From Felis catus (Eukaryota): a stretch of 64,000 nt of DNA. Positions 36,260 to 49,200 of this stretch are shown piece after piece. Both the position numbers and the translations under genes were made by a program. How positions within the stretch are numbered: position 1 is the first letter of the stretch; each line of letters starts with the position of its first letter. A model generated the notes under the pieces. The model was not told the origin of the DNA. It saw nothing but the letters and a program-made list of their open reading frames with translations, and searched no databases. Where the stretch lies: the NCBI RefSeq assembly GCF_018350175.1, contig NC_058383.1:30320001-30384000 (forward strand), written 5' to 3'.

Positions 36260-37500
36260 CCTAAAATAGAAATCTCGTTGAAATGGCCACGTTTTCAAGC
36301 AAAACATACATTGCCCAACTGGCCCGAGAGAAAGTAGAAAACCACAGTAGACCAAAAGCCATATAAAAATTCAAGTCATTTCTGGGGCGCCGGGGTGGCT
36401 CAGCCAGTTGAGCAGCTAACTTCAGCTCAGGTCATGATCTCACGAGTTCGAGCCCCACATCGGGCTCCGTGCTGACTGTTCAGAGCCTGCTTTGGATCCT
36501 TTGTGCCAGCCCCCTCTCTCTACCTCCCCCCACCTTCCCACCCCCCCCCAAAAAGTAAACATTAAAAAAAATTTTTTAAACCAAAGTCATTTCTGTTGTA
36601 CTTTCTTTCAATGTTTCTGTAAGTTGAACATGTTTCAAAATTTCAAAATAAAAGCCAGTGTTAAAAAAAAAAATACACTCCCACAAAAGCAAATATCCCA
36701 ATTACTTTTATAGCCAAAGTGTAGCAGACCTTTGAGAAACAGAGAATTCCCGGTTTAGTCAGACTGTTCTAGAACATAGGAAAGAGGTAAGTTACCCCAA
36801 TCATTTTATGACACAAGTATATAATATCAGTACCAAGACTGGACAAAGACCATAAGGATTGAATCCAACCCAGTCTGCCTTCCTCAACAAAGGCCACACA
36901 AGAAAACCAGTCTCCATTATACACATGGATGCAAAACAAAATCTTCCCCCACCAAAAAAACAAAAAACAAAAAAACAAAAAAAAAAACCCAGCTGAATGA
37001 ATGCCCCTTAAGGCCTGGAACCTGCTCCCTAATTAGCCCTGATAAGTAAGATGTCATGACTTACCAGATAAGAAGGACTTATTATTACTATTAATTATTA
37101 TCTTAGAAACAGTAATTTTGTTTCCATCCCTCTAGCCCCTCCAGCTTCTTCAAATTGTTTTAACAAAGGAAACCATGGAAATACAGAACTAAAAGCTGAG
37201 CAACCTTGGGAAAAGAATGTGGCTCTTACAAGTGTCGATGGAAAAGTCAAATAGTACAAAATAAACAACATCAACAGAAGTGAAAGAAACCCACAGGCCA
37301 CAGAGACATACACCCAGAGCTTACCAATTACACTGGAATCGGGATTTGCTGGAATAAAGAGGGCTAACAGGAAGAGGCATGTGGGAGTGAATATCCACAT
37401 TTGTCTCAAATGTTTTCACAATAACGAATTAAAAGATTCCACTTCAAGGGGATAACAAATGAAGGAAAAGAACTGAATGTACTAGTTAAAAATATATAGG
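36260..37500 (+). mobile_element. Highly degraded old L1 pieces (ORF2 and 3' end), interrupted by a SINE
   Basis: gagaaagtagaaaaccacagtagacc; taccaagactggacaaagac; cacatggatgcaaaa resemble L1 ORF2. Confidence 0.5.
36384..36578 (+). mobile_element. CAN-SINE
   Basis: Head and tail; TSD aagtcatttct. Confidence 0.9.
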
Positions 37501-37504
37501 TGAT

Positions 37505-37722
37505 GGGGTGCCTGGGTGGCTCAGTCGGTTGAACGACCAACTTCGGCTCAGGTCATGATCACACGGTCTGTGAGTTCGAGCCCTGCGTCAGGCTCTGTGC
37601 TGACAGCTCGGAGCCTGGAGCCTGCTTCGAATTCTGTGTCTCACTCTCTCTCTGCCCCTCCCCCACTCGTGCTCTGTCTCTCTCTGTCTCAGAAATAAAT
37701 AGACATTTAAAAAAATTTTTTT
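37505..37722 (+). mobile_element. CAN-SINE
   Basis: TSD aaata(t/c)ataggtga. Confidence 0.93.
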
Positions 37723-37876
37723 AAATACATAGGTGACCAACCGAAGAACTTTAAAAATTAAAAAATTAAGGATTTAAAAAAAAATTTTAAAACCAAAAAT
37801 GAAACCAACAAAAACCCCCCAGAAATTAGGCAAGTAGCAGGAAGGGAGCGAAAACCGAGGCCAAAAAGACTAGATC

Positions 37877-38058
37877 AGTGATTCCCAACCTTGGGTATAT
37901 TCATTAGAATACGTGGGGCTAGTCTCAGAAAGCCTGATACCTAAGCCACATGCCAGAGCAAATAAATCCAAATCTCAGGCGGGAGCCAGACAGCAGAATT
38001 TGTTAAAGCTCCGTACAGGATTCCTATATGTGTCTATTGCTGGGAAGCACCAATCTAG
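37877..38058. mobile_element. MER5-like hAT element
   Basis: cagtgattcccaaccttgg...cattagaat...tgggaagcacca. Confidence 0.6.
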
Positions 38059-38399
38059 AGGAAAAGACACAAGTGGGAGGGTAAAGAAAATTGCAAGGAC
38101 ACGTAAGGAATAAAAGCATCGCCAGAAAATGAAGACAGAATTGATAATAAGCATGCAAGGTACGCAGGAAAAGAAAAAAAAGACTCTCAGGCTGGGTCTA
38201 AATCAAAATCTGGTCTTCATTTGCATATCATAAGAAATCGCAGGATGCCTTGTTTAAACCGAGCACTGGATTCAAAGTCAGAAAACCTAGGTTCTAAGAT
38301 CAAAGATGTCATCTGAGGTTGCGTGACCTCAGGCAGGGCCCTTCTTCTCGGCAGGCTCTCTCCGGAGCAGGTTCAAATAGTGTTAGGAACCTCAGAATC

Positions 38400-38562
38400 C
38401 TAAGGCTTTGTGCCTCTGCAGACCAGCAACACCAGCAGCCTCCGGGGGCTCATAAGAAATGCAGAATCTCCGAGTCCGCCCCAGAGCCACCGAATCGGAG
38501 TCTGCATTTTAACAAGATCCCACAGGTGATCCGCGTGCACCTCAGTGTTTGAGAAGCACCGC
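38400..38562. mobile_element. MER5A-like hAT element
   Basis: gaccagcaacaccagca...agaaatgcagaatctc...ctgcattttaacaagatccc...gtttgagaagcac. Confidence 0.8.
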
Positions 38563-40817
38563 CCCAGACGGCTCTCTGACCTTCCCGAGAGACTTGGCAA
38601 GACAAGAATTATTGCCTGTTCTTGCTGTCTCATGCCTCTGTGTGTGGCGCCCTCTCCTGAAACGCCCTCCCTCATCCTTGTCTAGCTGCCTCCTCCTTGA
38701 TCTCTGGGACACAGCTTCCATGAACTCCAGGAAGTATTCCTGGAAACACCCACACACCACCTTGCCGCGGGGTTACCTGTCCTTCCTGGGCTCCTCTCTA
38801 TCGAACCCTCACCTGCTGCGCTGTGGAACTGCTGGCTTCTGTGTCCTCTCCCAGCACTGTATGGTAAACTTTTTAAGGGCATTTCAATAAGCACCTGCAA
38901 TGCGCAGAAAAGGTTCTTGCGTAAGCGGAATTCGGCACAGAAACCACCTTTATTAGTTTCCGGCGGCTGCTGTTAACGAATGACCACACACTTGGTGGCT
39001 TCACAGAAATTCAATCTCTCACAGGGTTTAAACACAAACAAACAGCAACAGCGTCAAACCTTCCCGGGATTACAACTAGACTAGCACTGGGACAAATACA
39101 CGTGTCCATCTGCCAAGGGCTTGTGCTGAACATACACAAAAGCCCTAACCCATATTAAGGGCAATGTGTTTACGGCACACACACTTTGTGTAGGTAGTTG
39201 TGTTAGGCATTACACATCCAGGACGCCTCCTTTCTCCAACAACCATGAAGGTGGATATTACTGTCACCAGTTTTCAGGTAGGGAAACTGAAATTCAGTTC
39301 AGGTGAGAAATGTGTCCAAAATCTCACAGGTGGCAGCCAGCATCAGAGCCAGGATTTGAACCCGGGGCTATGTGGCTCCATGCACACACTCAGCAAATAT
39401 TTAGTGAGTGCCTACCACATGCCAGGAATGACTGTGTTTAAGACGCACACTTTCCCAGGCTTCTCTAGGCACAGCCCCAGAAAGGTGAGTGTCCAGCTCC
39501 AAAGCCAGCACTCTGCTCACTGGTCCACACCGCCCGGCTGTCAACCACCATCTCGCCTCCATCTTCTCAAAGCAAGTCTTTTATCTGGGGCTTCAGCTCC
39601 TTCCTGATACCTTCAGCAGCGTCACTGTACCATACCATGAGCCATGTTACTCTGACAAGCTCTGTCAAAGGCAAGGACCCGTAGGGCCAAGAACACCTTG
39701 GGAAGTTCCTGTGAATGAGAACGTGAAAACCGGACATCCTCGTGTTGTCCCAGACATACTCCTGACGCTGCACTGCAAGTAGACACGACCACTGATCCTT
39801 TGCCAACCTAACAAGAGTTTGCGGTGTGCCCCAGACACCGGCTGACATGCATGTTTCAGTGAGAGGTGGGTACAAAATAAAGTCAGATGGACCAGTAAGG
39901 TACACTACCAGGTCCAAAGAACCTACAGTCCATTGGAACATGCCACGGATGGACAATGCTACAGATACACCCCCCAACTATAAGAGTAGAGAATCAAAGC
40001 AAACATTTGCCTTGGAGGTCCAAGAGTTATCCATGCAGGGAGTGCTATTTGAAATAGGCCAAAGAGGCTGCTTAAACTTCTACAAGGAGAGATGATGTGA
40101 GAGAGTCAGCAGTCAAAGGAGAAAGTCTTCCTGGGGAAGACATTCAGATGATTTTGTTTCTAAGAACACCACCCCTGGAAGGAACGGCGGTATTGCTAGT
40201 GTGGGGTTTACAAATCCAAGTGCCTACAAGCAGGCAGACTGGTCAGCTGATGTGAACCAATACGACAGATGTGCCAGTTGTTCATAGCCAAATGGAATCT
40301 GATGGGGCCGTTACAAAGTTTTATTACGGAGCATATGGGTTATTAGATATTTTGAGTATCACCCCTGTTACTTGATGTGGCAAGAATAACGAGTGAGTAA
40401 TGCAGAATAAGTATAAAGTAGCTACAGCCAGACAGACAGATAAATAAGTAGATATATAAATGATGATGATGACGATGATGATGGAAAAGAAGGAGGCAAA
40501 GAAGAAAAATGATACAGATGGATAGGAAGGAAGGAAGGAAGGAAAAAACAGAAATGGCTGGCTGAATGGATAACGGATGGATGGAGCTAGATGGAATACC
40601 TAGCTAGAGAGTAACATATATAAAGCCCCAGAACATAATGTTGAGTGAGGGGGGAAAAGGCAGGTGGAGAATGCAATGTCAAGTATGATACAATGAACAA
40701 AAATTGAAACATAAAATACTATATATTACTTGCCAAAACATAAATCTATATGTAAAAGTTAACAAGAGGACCTCCACGTAAGAGTCAAAGCCATCACTCT
40801 TAAAAAACAACAGATGT

Positions 40818-41040
40818 GGGGCGCCTGGGTGGCGCAGTCGGTTAAGCATCCGACTTCAGCCAGGTCACGATCTCGCGGTCAGGGAGTTCGAGCCCCGTGT
40901 CAGGCTCTGGGCTGATGGCTCAGAGCCTGGAGCCTGTTTCTGATTCTGTGTCTCCCTCTCTCTCTGCCCCTCCCCCGTTCATGCTCTGTCTCTCTCCGTC
41001 CCAAAAATAAATAAACGTTGAAAAAAAAAAATTAAAAAAA
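40818..41040 (+). mobile_element. CAN-SINE, young SINEC_Fc type
   Basis: Perfect 16-bp TSD aaaaaacaacagatgt (40802-40817, 41041-41056). Confidence 0.96.
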
Positions 41041-41589
41041 AAAAAACAACAGATGTAAAAACCTTCATGACAATGGATTGGTCAATGATCTCATGGATTT
41101 GACACTCATGGGATATGACACCAAAAGCAGGGACAGCAAAAGAAAACAGGCAAATTGAACCACATCGAGATCAAAAACTTTTGCACACCAAAGGACACAA
41201 TCAACACAGCGAAATGGCAAGCCACAGAATGGGAGAAAATATTTGCAAATTATTTATGTGATAAGAGGTTGATATCCAGAATGCATAAAGGACTCCTAAA
41301 CTCAACACTAAAAAAGAAATGAACAACCAAATTCAAAAATGGTCAAAGGACCTGCAGGTACACTGTTCCAAAGAAGATATACAGATGGCCAATAAGCTCA
41401 TGAAATGAAGCTCAATTATCAATCAGCAGCAGCAAAACACAAATCTGGACCATAGTGAGACACTACCTTACACCCATTAGAATGGATGCTATTAAAAAAA
41501 AAAAGATAGGAAAAAAACCCCAGAAAATAACAAATGTCGGTAACGATGTGGCGAAATTGGAACCCTTATGCACTGCTGGTGGGACTATA

Positions 41590-41620
41590 CCTGATCTTAG
41601 CCAAAAGGCCGAGAAGCGAT
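41590..41620 (-). pseudogene. RNU2: U2 snRNA 5' fragment (nt 1-31), tailless retropseudogene
   Basis: Reverse complement ATCGCTTCTCGGCCTTTTGGCTAAGATCAGG matches U2 nt 1-31 at 30 of 31 positions; TSD gggactata at 41581-41589 and 41621-41629. Confidence 0.93.
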
Positions 41621-43980
41621 GGGACTATAAAATGAAACTGTGGAAAACAGTATGGTGGTTCCTCAAAAAATTCACCATAGAATTTCCCTATGATCCAGCA
41701 ATTCTACTTCTGGGGATACACCCAAAAGAACGGATAACAGGGTCTCAACCAGGTATTTGAGCACCCATGTTACGAGCCACATGATTCACAATGACCAAAA
41801 GGTAGAAGCCATCCAAGTATTCACGGACGGACGAACAGACAAACACAATGTGGTATATACATACAAAAGAACCCTTACTAAGCCTTAAAAAGGGAAGAAA
41901 TCTTGACACAGGATACAACGTGGTTGAACCTTGAGGACATTGTGCTAAGTGAAATGTCATTCACAAACAAACAAATACTCTAGGATGCCATTTCTATGAG
42001 GCACAGAGAGTAGTCAAATTTATAGAGGTAGAGAGTAGAAAAAAAAAAGTAGAAGGGTGGTTGCCAGGAGCTGGGGTAGGGGGAATTGGCAAGCTAGTGT
42101 TCAATGGGTACAGAGTTTAAGTCTTGCAAGATGAAAAGAAATCTGGAGATGGATGGTCATAGAATTGGTTGCACAATTCATGCCACAGAACTGTGAGCTT
42201 AAAAGTAGTAAAATGACAAATTTTGTGTTACATAAATGTCACCACAATTAAAAAAGAAATAAATTTTAAATACTTAAATGTTATCCGGATTAGATATAAA
42301 AAGGAACTAACCAAAATTCATGACCCTTAACCCCATGCGTGAGAGAGGGTAAGACAGATGGTGACAGAAAAGGGGCAATTTCAACATGACCTGTCACTTA
42401 CTGGTTCTGATATCAAAACAAAATACATCCCGAAGAAATAGGACCAAAAGTTAACAATCATAGAGTCTGGGTGGTGGAAGGCCGGGTGATTTTTACCTCG
42501 TTCTCTGTACTTTTCTGTACCCTTTTTAACTTCCTCGAAGTAAAAACTGTAGTCGAAGAAGAAAAAAACATTGCGAGTGGAAGGGACACTTCGATATTGT
42601 GACTTAGCTAAATTGTTAAATCTTTGTGTTCTGGGAAAACAGTCACTTGTTTCTAGGAATATTTTAACCAACACAGGTAATCTCTGAAAAATTTCCAGGC
42701 ATAATTCCAGGCTTATAGCAGATCCTAGGTAAGTATGTGGTGAATGAATGAATGATCGCTGCTAGTTTAGGGTAGAAGCCTACATTGACCCGGAGTCAGA
42801 TTAAACGACCTCTTGGCTATGGCCACAAAACCCCTCTCATCCCTAAGATACTGGCCTGGGCCTTTTCCCAGTTTCCATTGTGTTCAGCCCTCCCTCCTCC
42901 ATGGGTTCCAAGAACACAGCCAGAGAATGCAAACAAATGAGCCAGTAATTTTCAGGACATTCTCAATTCCTTGGCTAGGTCCCTGCAGCAACTGAATATT
43001 AAGCACATTAGCTCTGACCTCCCTGCCCAAATTCCTTTGTATTGGATGCAGTAATGAGCCTCTCAGGCAAGACAATTTTCCCAAGGTTTCAATATCTATT
43101 CCTGTCCAATGGCTGTCACCTACAAGTCCTGAAGGCAGCCAATTAATTCAGAGATGCTGTACCAAGCAAGGATGACCATCCTCTACTCTGATGACGGGAA
43201 ATTCAAATCAGGCAACCACCAGCTAGGTCACGATGGGCGCTTCCTGGAAAAACAGATCACTCTAACCCTAACCTAATGCTAACAGGCGGGGAGAACATCC
43301 TCATGCAAACACACAGGAGATGCTATCTCACTGGTCCCTTGGGAACCTCCACCATGGCCACCATCGCTACAATTAGTGAAAACATTTTTGATTTAGGTCC
43401 ATTTAGACCTGAAAATCTTTAGTCCTGAAAATCAGGAAGATTTGTACAAATCTGTTACTCTACCATCAGCAAGCTAAAGCGAGATAAAGGTACAAAAAGA
43501 GACTCTGGTTCCAAGTGACACAGGGTTTGCTTAAAGGGAAAATGTCAACCCCGCACACTCCTTGGCCCTCACAAAGGCAAACGGGGGCCCTGACCCAGCC
43601 GTGCCTTTTAATGGTCCCTCAGTGCGTCACTGAGCACACCTCCGACAGGGAAATCAGTCCGAAGTGTCTAAATAAGAGACCCAATCAACCCAGACTCACA
43701 ACCTGTAACAAATCATTTGCTAAACCTCAATCAATCCTAAATTTGCTTCAAAACAACCAACCAACCAAACCAAATCAAAAAAACTACAAACTCACAGTTC
43801 TCGATGACAGTCACAATGTCGATTCACCTGAGTTTACCTGCCCAGGAATGACCCCGGGGATTCCAACTCAGTAGGTGTGGGGTGTAAGCCAAGAATACAA
43901 ATTTTGAAAATGTTCTGCTGGAGACACTAAGGCATAACCTGGTGAAGTCCCATAATGTATTACATTGCAAGGCATGCCTC

Positions 43981-44213
43981 GGGGCACCTGGGTGGCTCAG
44001 TTGGTTTAGTGTCCCATTTCTACTCAAGTCATGATCTTGTGGTTCATGGGTTCAAGCCCCGTGTCAGGCTCTGTGCTCACAGCTCAGAGCCTGGAGCCTG
44101 CTTTGCATTCCGTGTCTCCCTCTCTCAGCCCCTCCTCTGTTCATGCTTTGTCTTTCTCTTTCAAAAATACACATTTAAAAAAATTTATATTAAAAAAACA
44201 AAATAAAAAACCA
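43981..44213 (+). mobile_element. CAN-SINE
   Basis: TSD aaggcatgcctc (43969-43980, 44214-44225). Confidence 0.94.
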
Positions 44214-45203
44214 AAGGCATGCCTCGTGAAGGAAGACAAAAACCTTTTCTGCCCTCACCCCCTCCCTTCCTCCTTTCCAACCTTCCTTTTTCTTATGTTC
44301 TTCCCTCTTTTTTCTTTCTCTTCTCCCTTTCCACTTCCTTCAATTCAACAGATATGCACTGAATATACCTTGTTAACTGAAACACTGTTGCTTTCTAAAC
44401 TTAACAAAAACCTTTTATCTGGCAGATGACTCAAGTAAGTACCCAAGGTCCTCTCTGCCCGGTCACAAGGCAATCCTAGTCCATTCCTCAAAAAAACCCT
44501 TTTTCCCCTTGGTTTTTTAATGATGGGACCATCTGGACTTAAGGTGCACAGGCCTTCAGGTCACATATGGAAGACACATAGTAAAGAGCAAGTCCCTGAA
44601 GTCAGACACACCTGGTTTTCAATCTTGGCTCCATTTTTCAGCTGTGTTTTTTTAGGCACGTTTCCTTATCTCTCTGGGCTTCAGTTCCTAAAGCTACAAG
44701 TAACACGATAAAATGAGCCTCCATAGATATCAGCCTGGACAGACGATAACTCAAGACAGGATGGCCCCTCACCCAGGCAAGGATGATCACACTCTCTCCA
44801 TGTGCTTTGCCTACAACCCTACGACATTTACAGACACAAAATCTGTGAGGAGAGGCAAGACTGAATCACCAGGGGCTACTTGGAATACATCAAGATTCAA
44901 TTGGTAGAACTGAATGGGAGAATCTACCAGATTCACCTGGTAGAATGGAGACTTAAAATAAAAAATCACCTTAGTAATAAATAAAGCATAAATTTAAAAA
45001 TAAAACTAATGATAGGATTTACTATTGTCTTTCTATGAATCCATCACTTTGCTAAAGCTTATACAAACATAATCCCAGTTAATCCTCAAAACAAGGAGAT
45101 ATTCTTTTCAGTCCCATTTAACAGATGAAGAAGCCAAGGCACAGAGAAGTTAAATACATTATCCGATGATTTTGTATAATCTGATGCCTGAGATCACCTT
45201 CTT

Positions 45204-45421
45204 TTTTCTAAAAGTTGATTTATTTTGAGAGAGAGGGAGAGTGCATGTGCATGTAAGCAGGGGAGGAGCAGAGAGAGAGAGAAGGAGAGAATCCCAAGCA
45301 GGCACCAGGCTCAGCACAGAGCCCGACAGGAAGGCTCAATCTCACAAACGGGTCATCTCTCATGACCTCAGCAGAGATCAAGAATTGGATGCTTAACTGA
45401 CTGAGCCACCCAGGTGTCCCC
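45204..45421 (-). mobile_element. CAN-SINE (older subtype)
   Basis: TSD tgagatcaccttctt / tgaggtcgccttctt. Confidence 0.92.
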
Positions 45422-45569
45422 TGAGGTCGCCTTCTTAATAGCACCTTCTAAGTGACCAACAATTCCATCTTGGGAACCTGGTTTTGAGTCTTTTTCTAAA
45501 ATCACCTTCGGCCCCATTAGGGGAGGATCAGTTACCAGTAAGAAGACTGGTACCGTTGGCATCTGTTCA

Positions 45570-46045
45570 ACTTACACTGACCTCCTGTGTCTTAGACAAG
45601 TGAAGATTCCATTGGGCACCGTCTGGTTGAGCCCAAATTCCCCAGGTTCCCACGGGATGAACGAAGCCACGTGTGGCTCTCTGATCACGGGCTCCCCATC
45701 ACAGCTGCTCAGCTGGCTGACTGGCCTCCCTGACCTGTCACACCATCTGGAGGCTGTCTCCAAGTCTCCAGAGACCTCTGATTCCTGCTACAGTCTCAGT
45801 CCCCTCCCCCCTCTATGCTTCTGAAAGTTGACACAGACCCAAGCCGCAGCCGAAGCTGAAAAGTGGACCGGACCGCTCCTCAAACGCAGCCGATTCCTCC
45901 CAGGGAAATGCAGAGCAAACAGTGCCCAGCTGTTTTCATCCCAGCTACCTGGGTTCACCTTTCCAACACGACATTTCAGCTCCTTTGTCCGTTGCATGAA
46001 AAACCCTTTGCAGCAGGGAAACCTTACAGCTGCTTTTATAGGACT
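45570..46045 (-). promoter_or_regulatory. Candidate TATA promoter and first exon on the minus strand
   Basis: TATAAAAG (minus) 46033-46040, several E-boxes, local CpG retention, GTAAGT donor (minus) 45570-45575; unverified. Confidence 0.3.
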
Positions 46046-46307
46046 ATACAAGTCTGGTCCAGGGAGAAAGCCCGTTCAGACAGCCATGGCTCTCTTCGGG
46101 TTCCCTCTTCCTTGGAGCGGGGAGGGGGCTGCATGGACAAGTGGCTGGGGGTGGCAGTGGGGATCTACTCTGGCAGGTGGCAGAAGGTCCTGAAAATCCC
46201 ATTGTAAGCCCTGGGACACTCACGTGGGGAGGGCATCCAGGGCCACCAACGGCCCTTTGCAAGCAGCTGGGAGGACATTTTAACATGGCTTAAAAACTAA
46301 GCTATAA

Positions 46308-46530
46308 GCCTGGGCGGCTCAGCGGGTTAAGCATCTGACTTCTGCTCATGTCATGATCCTGCGGTTCATGGGTTCCAACCCCGCATTAGGCTCTGTGCTG
46401 ACAGCTCAGAGCCTGGAGCCTGCTTCGGAGCCTGTGTCTCCCTCTCTCTCTGCCCCTCTCGTGCTCTCACTCTGTCTCTGTCTCTCTCTCAAAAACAAAA
46501 CGAAAAAGAAAAGCATTAAAAAAAAAAACC
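46308..46530 (+). mobile_element. CAN-SINE lacking its first few bases
   Basis: gcctgggcggctcagcgggttaagc...; TSD ctaagctat. Confidence 0.92.
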
Positions 46531-46539
46531 CTAAGCTAT

Positions 46540-47070
46540 GAGTTTCCTGAAAACTTAAAAGTAGTCTTCCTGTATGACCCAACAATTCCCCACCTTGGTA
46601 TCTACCCAAGACAAATGAAAACCGACATCCACACAGACGTGTATGAGAATATTCAGAGCAGCATTGTTCACAATAGATTCCAAACAGAAAAGAGCCAGAA
46701 TGGATACATAGAGTGGTCCCTCCATATAATGGAATATTATTCAGCAATGAAATGAAATCTCAATACCACCTACAACACGGATGAGCCTCAAAAACAGTGC
46801 GCTTACGCACAAGAAACCAGACACCAAGGGTCACATATTGTATGTTTCCGTTGATATTAAACAGCCAGAATAGGCCAATTTACAAAAACAGAAAATAGAC
46901 TGGTGTGGCCTGGGGGTAGGAATGGGCACAAGAACGATGTTATTGGGGCGATGAAAATGTTCTAAAATTGGATAAGCAGTGATGGTAGCACAAGGCATTG
47001 AATTTACTAAATATCCCCCAAATTGTACACTTAAAATGGGTGAATGCTATGCTATGTAAATTGTACCTGC
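46540..47070 (+). mobile_element. Old L1 (L1MB/ME-like) 3' fragment
   Basis: tatgacccaacaattcc...aatggaatattattcagcaatgaa...gatgaaaatgttctaaaatt...aattgtacacttaaaatgggtgaat. Confidence 0.85.
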
Positions 47071-48739
47071 ATACGGTGGGGTCTTTTGTTTTAATCATCA
47101 AACATGCAGATTTTTCTGAATTAGTGAAGGATGCAGGTATCAGGACTTTTTTTTTTTTTTTTTTTTTTTTTGAGGCTGCCACCATTCCTCCATATCCCTG
47201 AGCAAAAGGAGAGACTGAGTAAGAAATGAGGGACATGGGCATCTGATGCCCACAATACTTGGTAACTCAATGAATGAATGAATGAATGAATCAATCAATC
47301 AATCAGACAATGACTGGATTTTAGAATCAATCAATCAATGGGACAATGATTGGATTTTTAGAATCCTGACAAGCTTGGAAATACCAAGCTTGACTGTGGT
47401 CCCAAGAGAGCCAGGTCAAGACCCTCTGCCCCCCACCCTGCCCCGGATTCCTGGAGCTTGTACCTGTCACAGGCCTGGAGACAACAGCCTTGCCTGTCCC
47501 ATTTCAGGGCACTCTGGGAGGTTTTAGTCAATTGAGGACACAACATTTGTGGGAGAAAGGTGGATAACTTGACTTTACCTGGGGGAGGCTGTTCTCCCCC
47601 TCGGTCTCATGACAGTCTCTGATATTAGTATCAATTGCAATGACAGTCCTTTCAAATCATGAAAAAAAAAAAAAATTACCAAAGTTGCTTAAGGAAAAAG
47701 AAAAAAGATTGGCTCAGATTCAAGATTTTCCCATTGGTAAAAGCAATCCTACTCTATCCCCAAATGGTCTGTAGTTCCTATGCTGATTTTCCCCATTTAG
47801 TATTACACCATAAACAACCTCCCCAAAATTAATAAGCATCCCCTGCCATGAGCCTTGAATTTGAGGCAGACTTCCTTATCAGCTCCCCTTGCCCACTTTC
47901 CCTAAACAGCACGTGCTCCTCCGTTCAGTCTCCCCGTCCCCCCAAAACCCAAATGTCTTTTCTCCTTAGCTCTGATCACCACCTAACATACCCCACATGC
48001 ACTACCCCATGAGAAGTACACTCTAAGATGTCTGGGAATCCCTCTTTTTTTTTTTTTTTTTTTTTTTTACCAGCTGGGCCCCCAAGGGTGCTTGGCCTGT
48101 GATAGGTGCTGCATAAATACCTGCTAAATGGATGGTTTAAATGAATGAAACCTAGGATAATGTAAAACTACAGTCAACAAGCTCAGTTCCTTAAAAAAAA
48201 AAAATCAAATCAAATCAAAACATACCTGTCACACCTACCACGGGCAGGGCTTATGCTATGCGTGGTTAGACCCCTACCCACATCCCCTTGCCAACCTGGC
48301 TTTCACTGACTCAAGAATGAGAACTAGCTGTGCCCCATACTTGCCAGTACTGTCCTCCTTCGTGCCCATTCCATATGACCTACTGGCCTTTGGTTTCACT
48401 ATCCACTGCTTACCTTCCAATGCATCATCATGACATTTAAAGTTCTTCGTCACCGGGCCTCAACCTGCCGTCATTATTCCCCAACCCCATGGTGGCTTTT
48501 ATACCAGAAAATAGCTAGGTCTCGACGTCCTGCACCCTGCTGAAGAACCTCCTGCCCCATGAGTTCTAGACCCTGTCCCATGTCTTCACCTTGCCTGCCT
48601 ATCTCAATATGTGATATTCGCTAAATCTGAAGTTCAACTCTGATCACTTCATATGCACGTATGATTTCATTCACTCCTTCAAGCACTGACCACGTAAATA
48701 AAAATAAGACTCATCACTTTCAGATGCCTGCTGTGTGAA

Positions 48740-49200
48740 ATGTAGTTTCACTTGCAAGTGACAAAACCCAGAGAAGCTAACTCGAGCCAAAAGTTTCGAG
48801 AAAGGGAGAGGATTTATTGGTTCATAGCTGAGAAAGTCCAGACGTGGCTGGATCCAGAAACTCAAATAATATGACCAGAAATCTCTTTCACTCTCCTCTT
48901 GGTTCTGTTTCCTCTGGGCTCTCAGGAAAGTGTTTTCCTGCCTGGTGAAAGCAATACCTCACTGTCTATATGGCCCTTAGCACCCGCTATCTTAGAAGGA
49001 TGGAATGTGTCTCTTCCTGGTATTTCTAGCCAAGGTCCCAGAGAGGGCATAGATTGGCCCATCCAGATCCCATGTCCACCTCTGAACCAATCCCTGTGGC
49101 AAAGGAATCCTGTGGCCTGGCAATCTGGCCAGGCCAGCCGGGGGTCTGTCAGAGTCCCTGGAGCTGAGATTAAGGCAAACCCCATCCAAACTGAGTGGGG
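48740..49200 (-). mobile_element. MaLR LTR (MLT1J/K-like)
   Basis: ttgcaagtgacaaaaccca...gatttattggttcat...ggctggatccag...gattggccc...ctgaaccaatccctgtggc. Confidence 0.75.

Larger units (their letters stand above)
40770..42256 (+). mobile_element. L1MB-like 3' fragment (ORF2 C-terminus and 3'UTR) carrying nested SINE and U2 insertions
   Basis: gatatgacaccaaaagca, aatgggagaaaatatttgcaaat, peptide RHYLTPIRM...LEPLCTAGG...LWKTVWWFLKKFTIEFPYDPAILLLGIHP, 3'UTR ending accacaattaaaaaa. Confidence 0.9.

Noticed and set aside
41455..41760. 101-aa ORF
   Set aside because: Decayed L1 ORF2 C-terminus with the U2 insert read in frame.
43261..43285. ctaaccctaacctaa telomere-like motif
   Set aside because: About two units only; expected by chance.
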